A DNA stretch of 64,000 nucleotides, taken from an uncultured Prevotellaceae bacterium. GTDB taxonomy: Bacteria > Bacteroidota > Bacteroidia > Bacteroidales > UBA3663. Location of the stretch: contig ONNR01000002.1 of NCBI GenBank assembly GCA_900319235.1, positions 165,424 to 229,423 of the forward strand, read 5' to 3'. The translations under genes and the position numbers were made by a program. Of this stretch, positions 50,763 to 60,385 are shown piece by piece (the first letter of the stretch is position 1; each line of letters starts with the position of its first letter). The notes under the pieces were generated by a model. It made no database searches and was not told where the DNA came from. It worked only from the letters and a program-made list of their open reading frames with translations.

Positions 50763-51269
50763 TTACTTAATGCCAAGTTCGGCCTTGACGAGACCGGTCA
50801 CGTCGGTAGTCTGCGAAGCCGAGAAATAGGTGGCATCGTTGGTTGGGAAGACGGCAAGGAACTTCTCGCGGTCGCCCACAGCCTTAACGGCCTTGAAGAG
50901 CTTCTCCTGGATCATGCCGAGCTGCTGTTCGCGATACTGGGTGATCTGCTGGTAAGCGCTCTGCTGGTACTGCTCAGCACGCTGCTGGAGTGAACGGAGT
51001 TCGTCCTCACGGACGCCACGTGTCAGCTCATCGAGGGAGTCAGCCTGCTCTACGTAAGCCTGGTACTTGGTCTGGAACTCGTCCTGCATGCTCTTGGCCT
51101 GTGTCTGGAACTTGGTAGTGCGGTCGGCCAATTCCTTCTCGAGGACCGATGTCTCAGGCATAGCCTGCATTACTTCGTCGAGGTTGACGGTACCAATCTT
51201 GAGGGTCTGAGCATAGGAAGTGATGCTTGCGATAGCAATGATGGCTGCTACAAAGAGTTTTTTGAACAT
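50763..51269 (-). CDS. OmpH/Skp chaperone
   Basis: KIGTVN..EVMQAMPE, DVT.LVKAELGI. Confidence 0.9.
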   Translation of the reverse strand: MFKKLFVAAIIAIASITSYAQTLKIGTVNLDEVMQAMPETSVLEKELADRTTKFQTQAKSMQDEFQTKYQAYVEQADSLDELTRGVREDELRSLQQRAEQYQQSAYQQITQYREQQLGMIQEKLFKAVKAVGDREKFLAVFPTNDATYFSASQTTDVTGLVKAELGIK

Positions 51270-51402
51270 AGTTTTGGTGTTTGTTTTGTTTGATTTATTT
51301 GATTTCTATTGTTTATTTTTATTTGTCGTTGTTTTATTCTAAGACACTTTTACCCCAGTCGATAAACTGGGGCTTTCGATCTAATTGGACCGTTCGGTAT
51401 CA

Positions 51403-51450
51403 TTCGAACCCTTCGAAATTTTTGAACCTTTCGAACCTTTCGAACCTTTC
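51403..51450. repeat. 9-bp-period TTCGAA short tandem repeat
   Basis: TT(C/T)GAA at 51403, 51412, 51421, 51430, 51439. Confidence 0.8.
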
Positions 51451-51451
51451 C

Positions 51452-51961
51452 TTAGTATCCCATCTTCTGCAATACCTCCTTCGAGATATCGATCTTGGGG
51501 CTTGCATAGATGACGCTTTCGGCCGAAGCGCGGTCGATGACCATCGAGAAATTGTTCTTCTCGGCAATCTCTTTCACGGCATTGTAGATGTCATCCTGGA
51601 TGTGTCCCACCAGACTGTTGCGCTTCTGATACAGTTCGCCTTCGGGACCAAAATACTTGAGACGCAGATCCTGCACCTCCTTCTCCTTAGCCAGAATGTC
51701 GTTTTCGCGCTGGATTTTCTGCTCTTGGGTCAGATAGACCATATCGGCCTCATACTGCTTGTACATCTGTTCAGCCTCGGCTGCCAATGTCTCGACTTCG
51801 GCCTGCCAACGCTTGCTGATCTGGTTGAGCTGCTCGTTGGCCATCTCATACTGCGGTATCTGCTTCAGGATATAATCCATGTCGATAAGGGCGTACTTCT
51901 GTGCAAAGGCATTCACGCTGCCCAAGAGGGCGACAACGCATGCGATGATGATTTTCTTCAT
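51452..51961 (-). CDS. OmpH/Skp chaperone
   Basis: QKYALIDMDYILKQIPQY, KYFGPEGEL, IDIS.EVL.KMGY. Confidence 0.93.
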   Translation of the reverse strand: MKKIIIACVVALLGSVNAFAQKYALIDMDYILKQIPQYEMANEQLNQISKRWQAEVETLAAEAEQMYKQYEADMVYLTQEQKIQRENDILAKEKEVQDLRLKYFGPEGELYQKRNSLVGHIQDDIYNAVKEIAEKNNFSMVIDRASAESVIYASPKIDISKEVLQKMGY

Positions 51962-52047
51962 ATAGCAAAAGGATTTTTAAGGGTTGATTTTGCTTTTAAG
52001 ACTAAAAGAAAATATTGAAGTTTAAACATTCTGTCTAGAAGTGTCAT

Positions 52048-54753
52048 TTAGAACTCCTGGCCAATGACGAAGTGGAAGTTCGAACCCGAATTGCTCGACG
52101 AGCCGAAAGTATTGTCGAAGCCATAGCCCCAGTCGATACCCAGCATACCAATCATCGGGAGGAAGATGCGGACACCGGCACCCATCGAACGTTTCAGCGA
52201 GAATGGGTTGAAGTATTTGATGTCGGTCCAGGCATTACCTGCTTCGGCAAATATCAGTCCATAGATGGTCGAAGACGACTCAAGCATAAACGGATAACGA
52301 AGCTCAGCCACTACGCGTGCATAGCAGGTAGCTACATCGTTGGTGTAACTGTAGTTCGAGGTGAGCGAACCGTTCTCGTAGCCACGCAATGGGATGTACT
52401 CTGTAATGTAGCTCGATGAATAGTACGAGTTGCCGTCACCACCCATGTAGTAGCTGTTGAAGGGTGACAGCTTGTTTGGGTTGTAGTGGCCCAGGAAGCC
52501 GAAGTCCGAACGGGTGTGGAACACGAGCGTGCGGGTATTGCCTACGATAGGGGTGAAGGTCTTGGTCGAGAACTTGATCTTCCAGAACTCCAGCCAGCGC
52601 ATCTTGTCCTGCGAATACTTCTCCTGAGCGGCAAGCTTGTCCTTGTCCTGGAAGAGAGAGTAGGGAGGAGCAAATTCAGCATCGAGGGTGAAGGTCGAAC
52701 CACGACGTGTGTAGTACGGGTTGTCGATGGAGTTACGCGAAAGGATGGCTTCGACGGAGAGACTGTTCGACGTGCCGTTCGAGACGGGGAAATACTGCCA
52801 ATCCTTGAGGATATACACGTGGTAGTTGAGCAAAGCCTGCAGCTGGAAGTAGTCGTCAGGCCAGCTCAGACGCTTGCCGAAGCCCAGCGAAGCACCGATC
52901 ATCTGGATTGACTTGTCGGGGTCGATGGCATATTCGTACGAAGCTGTGTTGCCATAGCCATATCCGTATCCGCCATAACCATATCCGCCGTAGCCATAAC
53001 CATAGGGGCTGTAGCCTCCATAGTAGCCGTTGTACATATTGTTGTAGTACGTGTTGCTATAGTAGCGCGAGTTGATGTCCGACTGGCGGGAATAGTACAC
53101 CGAAAGGTTGAGCGAATTGGGTCGCTTGCCTCCGAACCAGGGATTCATGTACGATACCGAGTACGACTGGTAATACTGGGCATTGGTCTGCACCGAAAGG
53201 GTGAACGTTTCGCCTTCGCCCGAAGGATAGATGCCGTGGTAGCGAGAAGGATGGAAGAGATCCTTCATCGATATGTTGGTCAGCTTGAGCGAGATGCGGC
53301 CGATGAGTCCGGTCGAGCCCCAACCGAGTGAGAACTCCACTTGGTCGTTGGCCTTCGACTCGAGGTCGTAGATGATGTCTACAGTGCCGTCTTCGGTATT
53401 GGGTACTGGGCGTGGGTTCATCTTCTCGGGGTCGAAGTGACCTGTCTGGGCCAATTCACGTGCCGAACGGATAAGGTCGGTCTTCGAGAAGAGTTCACCT
53501 GGACGGGTGCGAAGCTCGCGACGGATGACGTGTTCGTAGAGTCGGTCGTTACCGTTGATGACCACCTTGTTGATGCGTGCTGGAGGACCTTCAACTACGC
53601 GGAACTCGAGATCTACCGAGTCGCCCTCGATGTTCACCTCGATGGGATCCATACGGAAGAAGAGGTAGCCCTGATCCATGTAGAGGGTGCCGATGCCGTC
53701 CTCATCCTCGTCGATACGTTTCTTGATCTTCCTCTGGTTATAGACATCGCCCTTTTGGAGCTGCAGGAAGGCGAGGAGTCGTTCTTCCGACTCCACGGTA
53801 TTACCCACGATTGACATGTTGCGGATATAGTACTTCTGACCTTCCTCGACGTCGATGGTGAGGTTGATGTGCTTGTCGTCGTAGCGTTCCTGCTTATCAC
53901 TTAGGATACGTGCATCACGATAGCCCAGTTCGTGGAACTTGTCGATAAGTTTCTGCTTGTCCTCCTTGTAGGTCTCGGGCACGAACTTCTTGGCGCGGAA
54001 TGCATTGTACCACTTGTTCACGGCGTTGGTCTTCTTCAGTGCTGCATTGGCCTTGCGATAGGTCATGTAGTTCTTCTTGAGGGGCAGCAGTTTCTTGTGT
54101 CCGATGCTGTCCCAGGTATCGAGACCATTGATGACGAGGTTCTTGATCTTCACCTTCTCGTGCTTGTCCACATAGATGGTGAGGTTCACCATGTTCTTGA
54201 GTGTGGAATCATCCTGCTGATAGATCTCGACATCGGCATTCTGATAGCCCTTGCCATCGTAGTAGCGCTTGATGATGGTCTTGGCACGGTCGATGATGTT
54301 GGGCGTCACCTGGCTGCCCTTGGCTACACCGATCTGTGCATCGAGGTCTTCGCGTTCCGACTTCTTGACGCCATCATATTCGATGTTGGCGATGCGAGGA
54401 CGTGGGGTCAAGGCAATCTTGAGCCAGCAGTCGTTTTCATACACCTTTTCGAGCGTAATGGTGACGTCGCTGAAGAGACCCTGTCGCCAGAAACGCTTGA
54501 TGGCATTGGTCACTTCGTCGCCCGGCACGGTGATGGTCTGTCCGATGGAGAGACCCGAAAAACCGATGAGGACATAATCCTCGTAGTTGTCGGCACCGGT
54601 GACCTCGATACCGCGTATGGTGTATTTTTTACCGGTCTGTGCGGTCTGGTTGACCGTAGGGTGGTAAATTGTGTCGTTAGGAAGTTCCTGAGCCAAGGTG
54701 ATGCCTGCGAACGACATCACGAGGAGGAACAGTATCGTAACTTTACGTATCAT
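52048..54753 (-). CDS. bamA: Outer membrane protein assembly factor BamA
   Basis: POTRA repeats, VIRRELRT, LRGYE, RSMGAGVRIFLPMIGMLGIDWGYG, C-terminal FVIGQEF; between uppS and ompH. Confidence 0.96.
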   Translation of the reverse strand: MIRKVTILFLLVMSFAGITLAQELPNDTIYHPTVNQTAQTGKKYTIRGIEVTGADNYEDYVLIGFSGLSIGQTITVPGDEVTNAIKRFWRQGLFSDVTITLEKVYENDCWLKIALTPRPRIANIEYDGVKKSEREDLDAQIGVAKGSQVTPNIIDRAKTIIKRYYDGKGYQNADVEIYQQDDSTLKNMVNLTIYVDKHEKVKIKNLVINGLDTWDSIGHKKLLPLKKNYMTYRKANAALKKTNAVNKWYNAFRAKKFVPETYKEDKQKLIDKFHELGYRDARILSDKQERYDDKHINLTIDVEEGQKYYIRNMSIVGNTVESEERLLAFLQLQKGDVYNQRKIKKRIDEDEDGIGTLYMDQGYLFFRMDPIEVNIEGDSVDLEFRVVEGPPARINKVVINGNDRLYEHVIRRELRTRPGELFSKTDLIRSARELAQTGHFDPEKMNPRPVPNTEDGTVDIIYDLESKANDQVEFSLGWGSTGLIGRISLKLTNISMKDLFHPSRYHGIYPSGEGETFTLSVQTNAQYYQSYSVSYMNPWFGGKRPNSLNLSVYYSRQSDINSRYYSNTYYNNMYNGYYGGYSPYGYGYGGYGYGGYGYGYGNTASYEYAIDPDKSIQMIGASLGFGKRLSWPDDYFQLQALLNYHVYILKDWQYFPVSNGTSNSLSVEAILSRNSIDNPYYTRRGSTFTLDAEFAPPYSLFQDKDKLAAQEKYSQDKMRWLEFWKIKFSTKTFTPIVGNTRTLVFHTRSDFGFLGHYNPNKLSPFNSYYMGGDGNSYYSSSYITEYIPLRGYENGSLTSNYSYTNDVATCYARVVAELRYPFMLESSSTIYGLIFAEAGNAWTDIKYFNPFSLKRSMGAGVRIFLPMIGMLGIDWGYGFDNTFGSSSNSGSNFHFVIGQEF

Positions 54754-54779
54754 TAATTTAATAATGTGTAATTACTGGG

Positions 54780-55538
54780 TTATTTGGTGCCGGCTTCAGC
54801 CTGCACTTGGGCGCTGGTCTTGCCGAAACGACGTTCGCGCGACTGGTAGTCGACGATGGCATCGTAGAACTGCTCGTGGTGGAAGTCAGGCCAAAGGACG
54901 GGGGTGAAGTAAAGTTCGGAGTAGGAGATCTGCCAAAGCATGAAGTTCGAGATGCGTTCCTCGCCACCAGTGCGGATCAGCAGATCGGGGTCGGGGTACC
55001 ACGAAGTCGTCAGGTTGCGGCTGATCATCTCCTGATCGATCTCTTCGGGCTTGATGGTGCCCTCGACGCACTGGCGTGCCAGGCGTTGCATCGTATCGAC
55101 GAGCTCCCAACGTGCGCTGTAGCTCAGGGCGATGATGAGGGTGATGTCTTGGCAGTTCTTGGTCTGTTCAATCGACCATTTGAGCTTGTCCATGGCAAAC
55201 TTGGGCACGCGGCTGAAGTCGCCTATCATACCAAGGCGCACGCCCTTGCGTATCATGTCGGGTGTCTCCAGTTCGACAGCATAAGCGATGAGGTTCATCA
55301 GAGTGTCAACCTCTTTCTGCGGGCGGTTCCAGTTCTCGGTCGAGAAGGCATAGACGGTCAGGTATTTCACACCTGCCCATTTTGCGGCTTCGATGGAGTC
55401 GTGCAGCGAATCGATGCCGGCCTTGTGGCCTTCCGAACGGTCCATTCCACGCTGCCTGGCCCAACGTCCGTTACCATCCATGATGATGGCCACTGATTTT
55501 GGCGAGCGGGTTTTGTCGATTTGTTCAAGTGTTGCCAT
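54780..55538 (-). CDS. uppS: Undecaprenyl diphosphate synthase
   Basis: AIIMDGNGRWA, YAFSTENWNRP, PDLLIRTGGE.RISNF.LWQ.SY.E. Confidence 0.97.
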   Translation of the reverse strand: MATLEQIDKTRSPKSVAIIMDGNGRWARQRGMDRSEGHKAGIDSLHDSIEAAKWAGVKYLTVYAFSTENWNRPQKEVDTLMNLIAYAVELETPDMIRKGVRLGMIGDFSRVPKFAMDKLKWSIEQTKNCQDITLIIALSYSARWELVDTMQRLARQCVEGTIKPEEIDQEMISRNLTTSWYPDPDLLIRTGGEERISNFMLWQISYSELYFTPVLWPDFHHEQFYDAIVDYQSRERRFGKTSAQVQAEAGTK

Positions 55539-55584
55539 ATATTGTTGATGTTTTTCTGTTTTGGTTGAATGCCTAATGAAGGCG

Positions 55585-56271
55585 TTATTTTCTCATCTGG
55601 TTCTTCTGGTTGTGGCATTCGATGCAGCGTTCCTTGAAGTCGAAGGTAACGCTTAGTTGTATAGATGCCATCCAGTCGTTGTCGATGAGCGAACTTGTGG
55701 CGATTCCCTCGGGGTCAACTCTGCCATCGAGCTTATCGCTGAAGGTCTTGGTGAAGAGGAGGGTTACCTGGGAGTTCCAGCGTTTTGCCATCTTGAATTT
55801 GTAGCCTGCGCCGAAAGGGATTCCCAGTGCAAACGACGAGCCGTCGTCCCCTCCGTTCACCAGCCCTGCCGAGAGCCCTGCGGTGAGGAAGGGCGTATAG
55901 CGTTTCTTTTCGCGATAGTCGCTGCCTAGGCCATAGTTCCAGAAGTGTACCTCAGGACGTAGCTGTAGTTGCCAGTAGCGTCGGCTGAATTCGTAGTCAC
56001 CGCCGGGGAATGCAGCGTCGAAGTCGCGTGTGTCTCCCTTGAGACCCGAACTCTGAAGTTCTGCCGCCAACGCCCAGCGTAGGTTGAGGTTGTAGCGATA
56101 GATGAGGCTGTACGAAAGGGAAGGGCTATAGACGGCCTTCGAGGCATTCACGTCACCGTAGCCCCAACTGGCCCCTAGGCCGCCACCGATTTCGTAGAGG
56201 TATTCCTTCTCCTGTGCCCCGACGGTGGTCAGAAGGATGGCAAGGAGGCAGGTCATCAGCCATTTCTTCAT
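55585..56271 (-). CDS. PorG / DUF6089-like outer-membrane beta-barrel protein
   Basis: YEIGGGLG...YGDVN, RYNLNLRWA, IPFGAGYKFK, DKLDG. Confidence 0.75.
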   Translation of the reverse strand: MKKWLMTCLLAILLTTVGAQEKEYLYEIGGGLGASWGYGDVNASKAVYSPSLSYSLIYRYNLNLRWALAAELQSSGLKGDTRDFDAAFPGGDYEFSRRYWQLQLRPEVHFWNYGLGSDYREKKRYTPFLTAGLSAGLVNGGDDGSSFALGIPFGAGYKFKMAKRWNSQVTLLFTKTFSDKLDGRVDPEGIATSSLIDNDWMASIQLSVTFDFKERCIECHNQKNQMRK

Positions 56272-56275
56272 GCTA

Positions 56276-57817
56276 TCAACGCAGCTTGTCGAATGTGAGT
56301 GAGTTCAGACATCCTCCCCATACCGAGGTCTTGAATGTGCCATCGGCACGACGTCCACCGAAGAAGTACATCCTGAAGGACTGTGGATCGTAGAAGGCCG
56401 AGTTGCAGGCCACTTTCCCGATTGGTGTATTGTCGGCATACTGGGTGTAGTAGCGACTCAGACGATGCCAGCTCACACCGCTATCCTCCGAATAGTAAAG
56501 CGTCGTATAGTACTTGTTGTACAGTCGATTGGTGGGAACGTCACCTGTGGCAGTAAAGCCTGGATGCAGCAGCCAGAATGTCTTCGGCTTGTCGCTGTCG
56601 ATGGTGTATTCGAGCACCGATGCACCCGTCATACCTGGCATCTCATCCTGCAGGAATTCCACCCAGTTAGGCCCGTGCACATCGTCATTCCAGCCGTCGC
56701 ACGACCAGGTGCTTGACACGAACTGCCCTGAAACCGTCAATCCACCGGTGATGTAGAGCCGGGAGGTGAGGTTGCCGTAGTTGCTGCGTGCTTCAGTCCA
56801 GATGGGACGCGTGAAGCCTGTCACGGGGAAGTTGTCAGGGATTTGCTGAGCCACATGCCAATTCGATGCGTCGGCCGAAACGGCAAAGCGATATGCATCG
56901 TCCACTTTTACGATGACGTTCAACGAATCCTGGTTCCAGTTTCCATAGACGTCCTTGGTCTTATACTGATTGCCCAAAATGGCCACAAACGTTTGTCCGC
57001 TGCTGGCGACTTCCCAGTGGAAACCGTCGGCCGAGGTCATTAGCCTACCGTTGATCTTGCCGATAGCATAGAGTTGGTTGTGCCAGTTGTAGAGTGTCTT
57101 GAGGTCAAGCAGTTCGCCCTCGGCAATGCTGACGTCGGCCATCGCTTGCCATTCAGTGGGACTGTTTTCGCTGAGCTTCGAGGTGCTAACCTTGTAGCTT
57201 TGGCCATTTTCCTCCACAAACCAATAGAGCGTCTGGCCGATGGTGTCGGTGCGCTGGTCTGTGATGTTCATGTCGGCCCACATCTCATCGGTATAGTCGT
57301 GCCAGACAATAGTGTCGCCCTCCACCTTGTGGACATTGACCTTGATGTGGTAGGTTTTGCGGTTGCCGCCGCGAGCCACTATGGTCATGCGTGCATCGGG
57401 GTAGGAGCCGAAGTAGAATGCCGAGTCGGATGAGAATTGTGCATACTGGCCCAGTTCGCCGTCCAGCCCGAAGAGTTCCAGATAGACACTGTCGGGCTTG
57501 GAGAAGCTAACCGAGATCTTTACCGAGTCAGCGATGACACCACGGGGCAGCGAGTCGGGATTGAAGATGATGCCATCGTTGGGATAGAGTGCGTGGATCG
57601 AGTCGTCGCTCAATCCGTAATTGTCGATGGTAAACGAATACTTCGAAAGGCCGGAGCAGACGTTCGTGTTGTCTTCGAGCGAAAACGAAGTTACAATGCA
57701 GTTGTAGTAGTCGGTCACTACTGTCTCCGAGTCGTTGCCTGAGCCCAAACAGGAGGTGAGGCCTATGGCGACCAATGTCCAACAGATCAGACCGGATATA
57801 TGTCGAAATAGTTTCAT
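56276..57817 (-). CDS. DUF6242-like lipoprotein
   Basis: Lipobox LTSC, YSFTID..IFNPDSLP, Y.IKVNVH, FGG C-terminal segment; start reassigned to ATG 57817. Confidence 0.75.
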   Translation of the reverse strand: MKLFRHISGLICWTLVAIGLTSCLGSGNDSETVVTDYYNCIVTSFSLEDNTNVCSGLSKYSFTIDNYGLSDDSIHALYPNDGIIFNPDSLPRGVIADSVKISVSFSKPDSVYLELFGLDGELGQYAQFSSDSAFYFGSYPDARMTIVARGGNRKTYHIKVNVHKVEGDTIVWHDYTDEMWADMNITDQRTDTIGQTLYWFVEENGQSYKVSTSKLSENSPTEWQAMADVSIAEGELLDLKTLYNWHNQLYAIGKINGRLMTSADGFHWEVASSGQTFVAILGNQYKTKDVYGNWNQDSLNVIVKVDDAYRFAVSADASNWHVAQQIPDNFPVTGFTRPIWTEARSNYGNLTSRLYITGGLTVSGQFVSSTWSCDGWNDDVHGPNWVEFLQDEMPGMTGASVLEYTIDSDKPKTFWLLHPGFTATGDVPTNRLYNKYYTTLYYSEDSGVSWHRLSRYYTQYADNTPIGKVACNSAFYDPQSFRMYFFGGRRADGTFKTSVWGGCLNSLTFDKLR

Positions 57818-57992
57818 ATCTATTTTTATACCAAAAATCGTGCGCAAATTTAGTGATTTTTCTTCAAAGATGGCCCTTTTTAGGCACATAATTATAATAT
57901 TTTAGGGGAATTTCGTGTGAAAATGCATTTTTTTTAGAAATTATGACACCTTTTTATGTCAATCTTTCATAAAAAATCCCTAACTTTGCACC

Positions 57993-58952
57993 ATGCTTGA
58001 CACAATTAAAATAATACGCGCGAAGTTGTCGCAGGTGGTCGATTCCCAGGGTTTGCCGCTTTACGACGAGCGTGAAGTGCGTGCACTCGCCGACCTTTTG
58101 CTCGAGGAAGTGTGCGGCATCACACGCACCGATCGTCTCATGCATCCCGAGCGCATCCTCGCTGCCAAAGAACGTACGCGACTCTCGTCCATCGTCGCTC
58201 AAATGGAACAGGGTGTTCCCGTCCAGCAGGCCTTGGGATATGCGTGGTTCTATGGCATGCGTTTCGAGGTGAGCCCCGATGTGCTCGTTCCTCGGCCCGA
58301 AACTGCCGAACTCGTCGATTGGATTGTTACCGATTTGCGTTCGCGCCCAACGTCGTCGTCCGATGTTTCCTCGCCTGTTTCGAAGCCCCTCTCCATTTGC
58401 GACATCGGCACCGGATCGGGTTGCATCGCCATCAGTCTTGCACGTTGCTTCGAGGATGCAAGAGTCCTCGCTATCGACGTTTCTTCGGCTGCTTTGAACA
58501 TCGCTCGCCGCAATGCCTGTCAACAAAATGTTGATAACTTGCAATTCGCTCAAATAGATATACTTGAATATGTTGATAACTTGGATTCAAACATAGAAAA
58601 TACCTCCAAAAACAATACTTTTCCACAGGGTTATCAACATCTCGATATCATCGTCAGCAACCCGCCTTATGTCTGCCGAAATGAGGCTGCCCAGATGTCC
58701 GAAATCGTTCTGGAACATGAACCCGAAGTTGCCCTTTTCGTGCCTGACGACGACCCGCTCCTATTTTATCGTGCGATTGCCCGTTTGGGTCAAAAGCACT
58801 TGAAGAAAGGAGGTTTTCTTTATTTCGAGATCAATGCTGCTTTTGGTGAAGCCACGTGCCAGTTGCTTGGCCAGATGGGTTATCGCAATGTCGAGCTGCG
58901 TCGCGACATCACAGGCCGCGATCGTATGGTGAAAGCAGCCCTCTATAGTTGA
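57993..58952 (+). CDS. prmC: Release factor glutamine methyltransferase PrmC/HemK
   Basis: VLVPRPETAELV, DIGTGSGCIA, IVSNPPY, EP..ALF, FEIN, D..GRDRM. Confidence 0.95.
   Translation: MLDTIKIIRAKLSQVVDSQGLPLYDEREVRALADLLLEEVCGITRTDRLMHPERILAAKERTRLSSIVAQMEQGVPVQQALGYAWFYGMRFEVSPDVLVPRPETAELVDWIVTDLRSRPTSSSDVSSPVSKPLSICDIGTGSGCIAISLARCFEDARVLAIDVSSAALNIARRNACQQNVDNLQFAQIDILEYVDNLDSNIENTSKNNTFPQGYQHLDIIVSNPPYVCRNEAAQMSEIVLEHEPEVALFVPDDDPLLFYRAIARLGQKHLKKGGFLYFEINAAFGEATCQLLGQMGYRNVELRRDITGRDRMVKAALYS
58528..58640. promoter_or_regulatory. Cluster of four DnaA-box-like 9-mers inside prmC (candidate oriC or DnaA-binding locus)
   Basis: TGTTGATAA 58529-58537 and 58571-58579, TTTTCCACA 58619-58627, TTATCAACA 58631-58639, in an AT-rich patch. 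Confidence 0.55.
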
Positions 58953-59035
58953 ATGCTGCCCACTTCCCCTTTTCGGATGCTACCCACTTTCACTTTTAAT
59001 TATTATTTGTTAATTTTTTATTTCTCTTGTCGATT

Positions 59036-59506
59036 ATGAAATTGACTTACGATCAAGCTCTAAATCGTGCTGCCGCCCTCTGTAGCCAGAGCGAACGCTG
59101 TCCTGGCGACATCTTCACAAAGGCACAATCCTGGGGCCTCACTGAGCCGGAGGCTGCCCGCTTGGTGGGCTATCTGACGAGCGAAGGATTCCTCGATGAG
59201 GCTCGTTTTGCCCGAGCCTTCGTGAATGACAAGTTTCGCTTTGAACAGTGGGGTAGAGTCAAGATAAGATACGCCCTTCGAGCCAAGGGCATCGACGATG
59301 GCCTCATCGACGAGGCTCTCGACGAGAAGATTGATCCCGACGAATATCTTGCCACCTGTAGCGACCTTTTGAGCAAGAAGATGCGCACTCTCGACCTTCC
59401 CCTTTCGCCCGCCGATCGTGCCCGTCTCCTTCGCTTTGCCGCCCAGCGTGGCTTCGAATCCTACATTATCTCGAAGGCCCTTCATAGCCTTTCAGACCCC
59501 TCTTAA
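59036..59506 (+). CDS. recX: Regulatory protein RecX
   Basis: CSQSERC, FLDEARFARAFVNDKFRF..WG..KI..ALR.KGI, RFAAQRGF. Confidence 0.92.
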   Translation: MKLTYDQALNRAAALCSQSERCPGDIFTKAQSWGLTEPEAARLVGYLTSEGFLDEARFARAFVNDKFRFEQWGRVKIRYALRAKGIDDGLIDEALDEKIDPDEYLATCSDLLSKKMRTLDLPLSPADRARLLRFAAQRGFESYIISKALHSLSDPS

Positions 59507-59542
59507 CCTTTCGAACCCTTCGAACCTTTCATAACCCTTTCG

Positions 59543-60235
59543 ATGCTCTCCCTGATTCTTCCCCGTCGATGTCCCTATTGCGACAGCACTTTGCTGCCGG
59601 AGGAGGAGGGTGTGTGCCTGCGTTGTCTGCCCCTTTTACCCAGGGTGCATGCCGAGCACCCCAACAACGACGTTGAGCGCCGTCTTTTCGGAAGATTCCC
59701 CTTCGAGCACGCCACGTCGTTCTGCTATTATGGGCAAAAGGAACCTTTTGGCAACATCATTCGTCAGTCGAAGTTCCACGATCGCCCTTGGTTGAACGCT
59801 TGGGCAACTCGACTATTTGTGCAGGAATTGCAGTTGGCGTCCGACGAAAGGGGAGGAGAGGGCTGGCCTTACGACATTGACGTCATTGTTCCTGTTCCGC
59901 TCCATCCGTTCCGATCGCTATGGCGTGGCTACAACCAGTGCGCTGGCATTGTCGAAGTGCTGAAGCGGGCGTGGCATTTACCTTTGGAGACGCATTGTCT
60001 TTTCAAGCGTCGGCACACGCGCTCACAGGTCGGACTGTCAAGCAGCGAGCGGTTTTGGAATGTGACCAACTCCTTCGGCGTGCGTCATCCTGAGCGCCTC
60101 GCTTCACGACATGTACTCATTGTCGATGATGTGCTCACTACGGGCTCCACGATGGTAGCAGCTGCCGATGCCCTGCTCCAGGCAGTGCCCGATGTTCGCC
60201 TCAGCGTCCTCACGCTCGCCTTTGCAAGAGGTTAG
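59543..60235 (+). CDS. comF: ComF family phosphoribosyltransferase-like protein
   Basis: N-terminal CxxC..CxxC, VPVPLH..R...RGYNQ, IVDDVLTTGST. Confidence 0.88.
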   Translation: MLSLILPRRCPYCDSTLLPEEEGVCLRCLPLLPRVHAEHPNNDVERRLFGRFPFEHATSFCYYGQKEPFGNIIRQSKFHDRPWLNAWATRLFVQELQLASDERGGEGWPYDIDVIVPVPLHPFRSLWRGYNQCAGIVEVLKRAWHLPLETHCLFKRRHTRSQVGLSSSERFWNVTNSFGVRHPERLASRHVLIVDDVLTTGSTMVAAADALLQAVPDVRLSVLTLAFARG

Positions 60236-60385
60236 TCATTGCCCCCTCAAAATGTCATTTCTCTCCCGAAATGCCCTTTTTTGTGCCCATTTATATTTTT
60301 TTAGTTGTACGTACACGCGAAATGTCATTTTTTTACGTTACATTTGCAAACCTATAGCAAAACAATCAAATATTCAAACATAGAT

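Noticed and set aside
57881-57908. dif-like site TAGGCACATAA-TTATAA-TATTTTAGGGG near the composition switch
   Set aside because: Only the XerC-side arm partly resembles E. coli dif; the normally conserved XerD arm TTATGTTAAAT does not match.
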